64,000 bases of DNA from Candidatus Thalassarchaeaceae archaeon (lineage in GTDB: Archaea; Thermoplasmatota; Poseidoniia; MGIII; CG-Epi1): the NCBI GenBank assembly GCA_963577905.1, contig CAUYZR010000001.1, forward strand, positions 66 through 64,065, read 5' to 3'. A program made the position numbers and the translations under genes. Of the stretch, positions 8,405 through 15,716 are shown piece after piece. Every line of letters begins with the position of its first letter. The first letter of the stretch is position 1. A model generated the notes under the pieces. The model ran no database searches, was not told the origin of the DNA, and saw nothing but the letters and a program-made list of their open reading frames with translations.

Positions 8405-9115
8405 TTAATGGCTACAACCGCAACTACTGCCCTGATTTTGGCTATCCTTTGAACTACTACCGCTACTACAACCACAGCTACCGCCACTACTACATCCACA
8501 ACTACCGCCAGTGGATTGTTGAGGGAGGGGTTCCGTATAATATGGATTTACACCTTCGTCATGATTAGTCATATCAACAATTTCATTTATTTCATCAACT
8601 TTTGCTATAATATACGATTCAACACCTTGTTTCAAAGTAACACTTGAGGCACTACATCCTTGACATCCACCACCCATAGTTACGTATGCCTTTCCATCAG
8701 AAACATTGTTAAGAGTAATTACACCACCATGTGATGCAATGCTTGGATTTACATCATTCTTAATTAATTCGTTTACTTTGTCAAATAATTCACTATTACC
8801 AGTATCCATTGCAACTTCAGTTACTGGAGCTTCTCCACTTTCCATTTGATCTCTAATTACAATACCAATTTCTTTACCGATAGCGGGCCAGCTTTCTACA
8901 TTGTCTCCAGTTAATGTGACAACCTGTCCAGCAATATTGACTTGAGCAATATATGGCAAGTCCAAAAGTTTCTTAGCTAAAGGTGAATTATCCGTGTTTG
9001 ATTCGCGATTGAAAGATACTGAAGCTCTTGAAAGTACTTCACCATCTAGAACAAACCTACATTTCTGTGGATCGGCCGTTGGCTCACCACGTATTCGAAT
9101 CTTCTGTGCTAACAT
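8405..9115 (-). CDS. nfuA: Nfu/NifU-type Fe-S carrier (Nfu N-terminal domain + NifU C-terminal domain) with Cys-rich tail
   Basis: VNPSIASHGG, MGGGCQGC, TLKQGVE, DMTNHDEGVNPYY. Confidence 0.85.
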   Translation of the reverse strand: MLAQKIRIRGEPTADPQKCRFVLDGEVLSRASVSFNRESNTDNSPLAKKLLDLPYIAQVNIAGQVVTLTGDNVESWPAIGKEIGIVIRDQMESGEAPVTEVAMDTGNSELFDKVNELIKNDVNPSIASHGGVITLNNVSDGKAYVTMGGGCQGCSASSVTLKQGVESYIIAKVDEINEIVDMTNHDEGVNPYYTEPLPQQSTGGSCGCSSGGSCGCSSGSSSKDSQNQGSSCGCSH

Positions 9116-9156
9116 GATTGTTTACCTCTATGCTGATTAATAAAGATTTGTTATAT

Positions 9157-10530
9157 TTAAACATTAAAGGAGGCGTTTTCTACAGCTTCCTCTCCAAGTT
9201 GTCTAAGGAATGTAAATGTGTATATTCCTGAATTAGCTCCAGGGCTTGGATCATCGAAGGCAAATTTCACACCATATCTTCCAACCGGTACCGATTCTAA
9301 AATTTTCACATTTGGCGGAATCTCTTCTTCTTTAATTAATTGCACGCCGGTAATTTCATCGACACAATGGGCACAAGGGCACTTGAATCGTACATTAAAA
9401 GCTGAAATGATATGTTCAACATTATCTTGCCATTTGATAACTAAAGTTTTACCATCGTTTGCTAAATTTATTTCTTGTGGTGAAAATGGAGATAATTCTT
9501 CATTTGTAACAATCATCATTGCTTCAACTGCGATCAAAGAGGCAATAGATTTGATATTTTCATCTTCGACAAATTTTCCAGTATCCATAGCTTCTCGAAG
9601 TTCTTGCCTTAGTGAAATTTGACCTAATAAAGGCAAATCAAACTCTTCTGCGGCCGATGTTCCTCCTCCTTCTCCAAAGATATGGTAGACTTCATCTGAT
9701 CCCGGAGGTGTGAAACCAGTCATGTTTTCAACAATTCCTAATATTGGTATTTTGACTTGTTGGAACATACGCAATCCTTTTTCAGCAATAGTATGTGCAA
9801 TTTCTTGTGGAGTTGTTACAATAACAGCTCCAGTTAATGGAACTGATTGTGAAAGAGTGAGCTGAATATCTCCAGTACCTGGAGGCATATCAACAAACAA
9901 GTAATCTAAGTCTCCCCAATCTACAGCTCCTAAAAATTGTTGAACTAATTGTGATGCAATAGGTCCTCTCCACACAACGGGAGTATCTTTGTTTGCTAGG
10001 AAACCCATAGACATTATTTTCATTCCATGTGCTTCGACAGGTTCTAGAACTCCTTGCTGTGAACCTCCCATTTGGTGATCGCCAAGACCAACCATGTTAG
10101 GAATACTTGGTCCATAAACATCAATATCTAAAATACCAACTTTTGCACCAGCTTTAGCAAATGCTTCAGCTATACATACAGTAACTGTAGATTTTCCAAC
10201 TCCACCTTTTCCAGATGCAATTGCAATAATATTTTTTACGTTTTTTAGAGAATTAGGTGTACTTGGTGCATTCAACGAGGGTAATCTCTGGACTTCCCAG
10301 TCCTTCTTTATCTCAATCTCCCCAATATCCTTGACATCTTTTAGAGCTTCTCTACACTTTTGAGCAATAATTTCATGGCCTGGCATTAGAGGTGCAGGTA
10401 ATCTTAGAGAGAATCTTAAGGTATCTTTTCCAATAGTCATTCCCTTGACATATCCTAGTGAAATAATATCTTTTTTGAAATAAGAATCAGTTACCGTGGC
10501 TAATGCATCAGTTATTTCTTTTGCATCCAT
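9157..10530 (-). CDS. mrp: Mrp/NBP35 Fe-S carrier ATPase with MIP18/DUF59-like N-domain and DUF971-like C-domain (HCF101-like architecture)
   Basis: ASGKGGVGKST, DIDVYGPS, VWRGP, DMPPGTGD, GIVENM; C-terminal CPCAHCVDEITG...VGRYG...SGIYTF. Confidence 0.9.
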   Translation of the reverse strand: MDAKEITDALATVTDSYFKKDIISLGYVKGMTIGKDTLRFSLRLPAPLMPGHEIIAQKCREALKDVKDIGEIEIKKDWEVQRLPSLNAPSTPNSLKNVKNIIAIASGKGGVGKSTVTVCIAEAFAKAGAKVGILDIDVYGPSIPNMVGLGDHQMGGSQQGVLEPVEAHGMKIMSMGFLANKDTPVVWRGPIASQLVQQFLGAVDWGDLDYLFVDMPPGTGDIQLTLSQSVPLTGAVIVTTPQEIAHTIAEKGLRMFQQVKIPILGIVENMTGFTPPGSDEVYHIFGEGGGTSAAEEFDLPLLGQISLRQELREAMDTGKFVEDENIKSIASLIAVEAMMIVTNEELSPFSPQEINLANDGKTLVIKWQDNVEHIISAFNVRFKCPCAHCVDEITGVQLIKEEEIPPNVKILESVPVGRYGVKFAFDDPSPGANSGIYTFTFLRQLGEEAVENASFNV

Positions 10531-10580
10531 GTTTCAATATTCATTTGGTACGTCTATATGGAAGTTATCTTGAAAAAAGT

Positions 10581-10696
<116 letters not shown>

Positions 10697-10734
10697 GACA
10701 GCTCTCGATTTAGAGCCTGTATATATTGTTTAGT

Positions 10735-12597
10735 TTAGCCTTCATCATCACCAGATTGATCAGAATCGTATCTTACACCATCAGTCCACATTGTTTGATG
10801 CCAGTATGAACCGGTGAAATCGGCATCAGTTACTGTAGCACCTGAAAAGTGTGCGAACTTAAGGTCAGTATAACGGAGGTCTGCGTCAGTCAGGTTAGAC
10901 CAATAGAGGGCTGCGTCAGTCAGGTCAGCATAAGTGAGGTATGCACCAGTCAGGTCAGCATAATAGAGGATTGCACCAGTCATGTCAGCATAACTGAGGT
11001 CTGCATTGGTCAGGTCAGCATAAGTGAGGTCTGCACCAGTCAGGTCAGCCTCAGAGAGGTCTGCACCAGTCAAGTCAGCCCCATAGAGGTCTGCATTGGT
11101 CAGATCTGCATCAGTCAGGTCAGCTCCATAGAGGTCTGCATTGGTCAGATCTGCATTAGTCAGGTCAGCCCATCTCAGGTCTGCATTGGTCAGGTTGGCA
11201 TATCTCATGTCGGCATTGTACAGGTTGGCAAATCCTAGGTAGGCATTGGTCAGGTCAGCATCATAGAAGGATGCGTGAGTCAGGACAGAAGCAGTGAGCA
11301 TTGCGTCAGTCAGGTTAGCACTGTGGAAATTTGCGTTAGTCATGTCACAAAGATAGAAAAGGGCACTTACTCCGGTATCTGGAACCGTGGTCATGTCAAC
11401 CTGATAGAGGATTATACCTCTCATGTCAGCCCTGTGAAAGATTGCACCCGTTAAATCAGCATAACTGGCGTCTGCACCAGATAGAACAGCATTATGGAAG
11501 GATGCGTTAGTCAGGTCAGCATTAGAGAGGTCTGCATCGGTCAGGTCAGTTGCATGGAGGTAGGCATTGGTCAGGTCAGCATTAATGAGGTATGCACCAG
11601 TCAGGTCAGCCCCATAGACGTTAGCGTCAGTCAGGTTAGCCTGAAAGAGGAATGCACCAGCCAAATCAGCATAACTGAGGATTGCATTGGTCAGGTCAGC
11701 CTGAAAGAGGCCTGCACCAGTCAAGTCAGCATAACTGAGGTCTGCATTGGTCAGGTCAGCATAACTGAGGTCTGTATCTAGTAAATTGATGCCCGTTAAG
11801 TATAATCCGGACAAGTTCTGGCTACTCAGGTCTGCACCTGCACAATTACCGTAAGGAACTAATTGACAGGAAGTCAGGTTTTCCAATTCATTAATTCGAT
11901 CCTGCATTTCTTCCATATCATAGGACATTTCTTCCATGTCGTAGGACATGTTGCTCATTTCCCATTGCATATCATAAATAGCATCCCAAATGTCATCTAC
12001 CTGTGAATTCAAATCATCAATTTCATAACCTATGTACCAAATAGTATTATTCAATTCATTTATAGAATAATAAATCTCATTTATGTCGTCATAGATTTCA
12101 TCGTTAGTGCTGTGCATTTCATCATACAGTTCGTCCGTTGTGTTCCACATGTTATTTTGTATGTATTCCAAATCACTCCACAACGAATCTATGTCGTTCC
12201 ATGCGTCATCTAGTTCGCTATTGACGTTATCAAAATCACCAGACACGATATTCCAGACTTCATCCCCATTCAGAGTAGTGTCTGTATCTTCAGAACAGAC
12301 CCATTCATCACCAGTGTATCTAGCAATTTCATCTTCTCTGCATCCTAAGGCCTCGAGTGCATCTGGAGAATCAGTCATTCCACTGACTTTAGTCTCCAGT
12401 AAAGCCAGTTTGGCTTCTTCTGCATCTAATCTTGAAGTAAGTAGATTTACGTCATTTTCTAAACCTTCTAGGTCGTTTTCTCCTACAGGTTCAATAGTAT
12501 CTTTCTCTTCTTGTTCTGGCGTATCATCTTCACCAAAACCCAAACATCCGCTGAAAATTAGTAGGAAAGCTAGCCCCAATGTGGCGACTTTGTTCAT
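10735..12597 (-). CDS. Pentapeptide-repeat lipoprotein with coiled-coil stalk
   Basis: Signal peptide with lipobox LIFSGC, acidic heptad region, then a long A(D/N)L(T/S)x array. Confidence 0.9.
   Translation of the reverse strand: MNKVATLGLAFLLIFSGCLGFGEDDTPEQEEKDTIEPVGENDLEGLENDVNLLTSRLDAEEAKLALLETKVSGMTDSPDALEALGCREDEIARYTGDEWVCSEDTDTTLNGDEVWNIVSGDFDNVNSELDDAWNDIDSLWSDLEYIQNNMWNTTDELYDEMHSTNDEIYDDINEIYYSINELNNTIWYIGYEIDDLNSQVDDIWDAIYDMQWEMSNMSYDMEEMSYDMEEMQDRINELENLTSCQLVPYGNCAGADLSSQNLSGLYLTGINLLDTDLSYADLTNADLSYADLTGAGLFQADLTNAILSYADLAGAFLFQANLTDANVYGADLTGAYLINADLTNAYLHATDLTDADLSNADLTNASFHNAVLSGADASYADLTGAIFHRADMRGIILYQVDMTTVPDTGVSALFYLCDMTNANFHSANLTDAMLTASVLTHASFYDADLTNAYLGFANLYNADMRYANLTNADLRWADLTNADLTNADLYGADLTDADLTNADLYGADLTGADLSEADLTGADLTYADLTNADLSYADMTGAILYYADLTGAYLTYADLTDAALYWSNLTDADLRYTDLKFAHFSGATVTDADFTGSYWHQTMWTDGVRYDSDQSGDDEG
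10850..11845 (-). repeat. Degenerate 15/30-bp coding tandem array (GTCAGGTCAGC core on + strand)
   Basis: Recurrent gtcaggtcagc motif; exact duplicated block at 11081-11111 and 11126-11156. Confidence 0.9.
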
Positions 12598-12611
12598 GTA
12601 TTGGTAAATTT

Positions 12612-12634
12612 AGGCAATACAAAAAGTATTGCCT
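12612..12634. promoter_or_regulatory. Perfect 9-bp inverted repeat AGGCAATAC-AAAAA-GTATTGCCT (terminator, processing or operator site)
   Basis: Lies between the tRNA-Gly 3' end and the pentapeptide gene start. Confidence 0.55.
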
Positions 12635-12645
12635 GAACAGAAATT

Positions 12646-12721
12646 TGGTGCAGGCGCCGGGATTTGAACCCAGGTTGAGGGGTTGGAAACCCCTAGTCAT
12701 ACCAGGCTAGACCACGCCTGC
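12646..12721 (-). tRNA. tRNA-Gly (TCC)
   Basis: Reverse complement GCAGGCG...AGGGG-TTTCCAA-CCCCT...GGTTCAAATCC...CGCCTGCACCA. Confidence 0.97.
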
Positions 12722-14836
12722 TTAAATCTGTATTTTGAACTGTGATCCGGGTCCACAGCCCTCTGGGACCTTGACGTTCACTAATTGTCCTGTAGGCGCC
12801 TTAATCTGTATCTGTTGCCCAGCCATCACGCCATCCGGGACGGTCACAGTTAGAATCATTGGAGCTGCTGGTGCGGCAGTAGGTGGAGGAGCCTGAGGTT
12901 GTGGTGGAGGAGCAGTATCTGGAATTGCAGCAGTACTTGGAGGAGCCTGAGGTTGCGGTGGAGCCGCAGCCGGTGGAGGAGGTGCTTGGGGTTGAGGGGG
13001 TGGCGCAGCAACGGGTGGCGGAGCAGTTTGGGGAACTGCAGCAGTACTAGGTGGAGTCTGATTTTCCATACCGGCCCATTCATCACTGAAATCATCCACG
13101 TTCTCCTCAGAACCGCCAAATGCACCTTTTGATTTTTGTTGTAAACCGAATACTGCTGCACTTCCCAATCCGATTATCAGGACTATGGAAACTAACCAGA
13201 TGGGATCAACAGGAAAATCACTTTCCTCAGATAGTTGGTCGGTTTCAGGTCCTGAGGCAGTTGCGATAGTCTCAACCCTGAAGGTTAGTGTCGTTTCGTC
13301 AAAGACCGAAGGATCACCTCCTGATTCAGCTCTTATTGTCAGAGTAGCCTGATCACCGGCAGCACTGTCCGGGGCGGTCACACTTATGTAAAGAGGTTCT
13401 TCTCCAGAGGCTACAATGGTAATCGGATCCGGGACAATCAGTGTCCAGTCTGCTCCTTGCCCAGGTAAGAATATAGCAGTTAATGTAACTAGATCATTTA
13501 CCTTGGCAAGGTTTTTCAGCGTGATAATCCTTTTCAGTTTATTATCTTCATCGCGTTCATCTGTATAAGAGGAAAGACTAAAGGCCTGCCCTGCAGGCAA
13601 GTCTATCTGGTCACTTCCAGGAACGATTAGCTGTACGTTGTATTCGCCTTCAACTCGAACTTCGATCTCCAGTTCTATAATACCTACATTGTCACTGTCA
13701 TCAGTAACCTTGGCCTGTACAATGATGGTCACTACCTCTCCTGCATCAGCACTGGAAGAGATTGTTACCTTAGCACTGGATGAGCTGGAAGTTGTAAGTT
13801 CTTCAAAAGCGTCCAGAGTTCCAGTTCCATCTGTGAATGACCAGCCTTGATCAGGTGGATTACCAGGGGTTCCACGATACCAATCTTTCTTGACAATTTC
13901 GTAATTGACGCTCTCAGACCATTTGTTCAGTATTCTAAAGTTGAATGTAATAGTCAATCCAGGCTCTCCAGATCCACTTTGTGAGACTGCGTCCAACCCG
14001 AGCCCGTAGTAGACTCTGACGTAAGTGTTCAGATCCAATGTGTCGGTGGCATCATTTGAATTTTCTGAAGTTGCAGTAATGGTCAATTCATCACTTTCGC
14101 CATAATTTACACTGCTCACCGAGCTAACAGTCAAAGTAACTATCTGATTTGAGAATGGATCTATTGTAACCGAGTTTTCACTAAAACTGGAATCCCAGTC
14201 ATTCGAAGAAATCGCAAGGCTGATTGTATCTTGCCGATTACCATCATTATTGACTTGGACCTGATAAGTTTTTTCCCCACCTACATCTACAGACCCCTCA
14301 CTTGATCCACTTTCGGCAATCACTAGAGAAACTTCAGCTTTCTCGTTCACATTTACAGTAAGCTGGATGGTCTGTTCTGTTGTTTCCGGATCATTCTCAT
14401 CGTTGTCTCTGCACCTGAGGTCTACATTGTACTCCCCATACAATGCATTTTCCGTGGCTCGAATAGTTACAGTTATTCCTTCTACAGTTCCATTATCACC
14501 TACATTGACGGATGCTAAATTCGTGGATTCAGATCCTATTGAGGTTTGCCCATCATGGCTCCACCAAGTCCTCAATCCGCTGCTCTGTAAATCGCCGTCA
14601 TTGGTGATATCTAGCTGGAATTCTTTAGGATCAGTAAAGAGATTCTCTATCTCTACTTTGAGGTCTATAGTGCTATTGGCATCTATATTTCCAGAGCCAT
14701 CACTAGGGTCATCAAACCGGAATTCAAATTCAGGTTCATCAGCCGCAGCTTCACCCAGAAAAAAGCTGATACTAATCAGCAAAGTCACTAAAGTTAGAGT
14801 TCTTACCCCAGTCATATCAGGTTTAGTTCTAGCCAA
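12722..14836 (-). CDS. Acidic cell-surface protein: Ig-like beta-sandwich repeats, C-proximal TM anchor, Pro-rich cytoplasmic tail
   Basis: Signal peptide, repeated V/I-x-N-x-G-N-x-x-D beta modules, TM PIWLVSIVLIIGLGSAAVFGL, PPPQPQA repeats. Start uncertain. Confidence 0.8.
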   Translation of the reverse strand: MARTKPDMTGVRTLTLVTLLISISFFLGEAAADEPEFEFRFDDPSDGSGNIDANSTIDLKVEIENLFTDPKEFQLDITNDGDLQSSGLRTWWSHDGQTSIGSESTNLASVNVGDNGTVEGITVTIRATENALYGEYNVDLRCRDNDENDPETTEQTIQLTVNVNEKAEVSLVIAESGSSEGSVDVGGEKTYQVQVNNDGNRQDTISLAISSNDWDSSFSENSVTIDPFSNQIVTLTVSSVSSVNYGESDELTITATSENSNDATDTLDLNTYVRVYYGLGLDAVSQSGSGEPGLTITFNFRILNKWSESVNYEIVKKDWYRGTPGNPPDQGWSFTDGTGTLDAFEELTTSSSSSAKVTISSSADAGEVVTIIVQAKVTDDSDNVGIIELEIEVRVEGEYNVQLIVPGSDQIDLPAGQAFSLSSYTDERDEDNKLKRIITLKNLAKVNDLVTLTAIFLPGQGADWTLIVPDPITIVASGEEPLYISVTAPDSAAGDQATLTIRAESGGDPSVFDETTLTFRVETIATASGPETDQLSEESDFPVDPIWLVSIVLIIGLGSAAVFGLQQKSKGAFGGSEENVDDFSDEWAGMENQTPPSTAAVPQTAPPPVAAPPPQPQAPPPPAAAPPQPQAPPSTAAIPDTAPPPQPQAPPPTAAPAAPMILTVTVPDGVMAGQQIQIKAPTGQLVNVKVPEGCGPGSQFKIQI

Positions 14837-14903
14837 CGCACGATATAAATTTTGTGCTGGTAAATGAGTAAAGCCTATACGTGCCTATCTATCTTACAAA
14901 AAC

Positions 14904-15716
14904 GTGGAGATAACCGACAACCATTTTCATTTGGATCCATCTGGTAGAAAGGAATTGGCAGTTAAGGATTTCATTAAGGCTGGAGGAACTCGTTTAGTGT
15001 TGGTCCATAAACCATATGGTTCCTGGAAAAAGATAGATAGTTTTCAAAGCCAAGTTAAAACGACTCTAAAATTGGCAGAGAAGGCCAGAGAAACAGGTGC
15101 CAAGGTAGCAGTGGTTGCAGCACCTCACCCGATCGAATTGCTCAAACTTCTTGAATTCAATTCATCTTCACAAGCCTCGGAGATTTATTTCGAGGCCGTG
15201 GATTATTGTACATCTCTTGTTGATGAGAAAAAAACGGTTGGATTAGGTGAGTTAGGTCGCCCCCACTTCGAAGTCGAACCTACAGTTTGGGATTTGGCAA
15301 ATGAGGTTCTGACTGAGTCTCTATCAAGGGCCAAGGAGGTCGATGCTGCGGTAGTTCTTCACACCGAATCCGCTACCCCTGAAGTTATGGCCGACTTATC
15401 TCGGATTGCTTCCAATGCTAAATTTCCTAAGTCCCGTCTAGTCAAACACTATGGTGGGCCGAGTGCGCTTGAAGACCCACATGGAATCGTGGTTTCTCTT
15501 ATCTCCTCTTCAACCAATATTGAAATTGCGGCCAAATCCGAATTTATGCTGGAAACTGATTATCTGGATGATCCACAGAGACCAGGTGCTGTAATGGGGC
15601 CCAAGACCGTACCTCGTAAAACACACAAGGCTCTCGAGAATAACATTCTATCCAAGGATCAGGTTTACAACATACATACCCGACTACCAGATTCAGTCTA
15701 CCGTGAATTTCTTTAG
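14904..15716 (+). CDS. TatD-related metal-dependent hydrolase (archaeal type)
   Basis: DNHFH, GELGRPHF, VLHTE, LVKHY, FMLETDYLDDPQRPGAVMGP. Confidence 0.9.
   Translation: MEITDNHFHLDPSGRKELAVKDFIKAGGTRLVLVHKPYGSWKKIDSFQSQVKTTLKLAEKARETGAKVAVVAAPHPIELLKLLEFNSSSQASEIYFEAVDYCTSLVDEKKTVGLGELGRPHFEVEPTVWDLANEVLTESLSRAKEVDAAVVLHTESATPEVMADLSRIASNAKFPKSRLVKHYGGPSALEDPHGIVVSLISSSTNIEIAAKSEFMLETDYLDDPQRPGAVMGPKTVPRKTHKALENNILSKDQVYNIHTRLPDSVYREFL

Noticed and set aside
10850..11845. Periodic repeats as CRISPR array or DGR template/variable region
   Set aside because: Fully explained by in-frame pentapeptide coding; no unique spacers, no reverse transcriptase, no separate template copy.
10735..12597. 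Qnr/MfpA-type gyrase protector, given gyrA in the window
   Set aside because: Signal peptide and lipobox imply an extracytoplasmic location, and gyrA is about 39 kb away.
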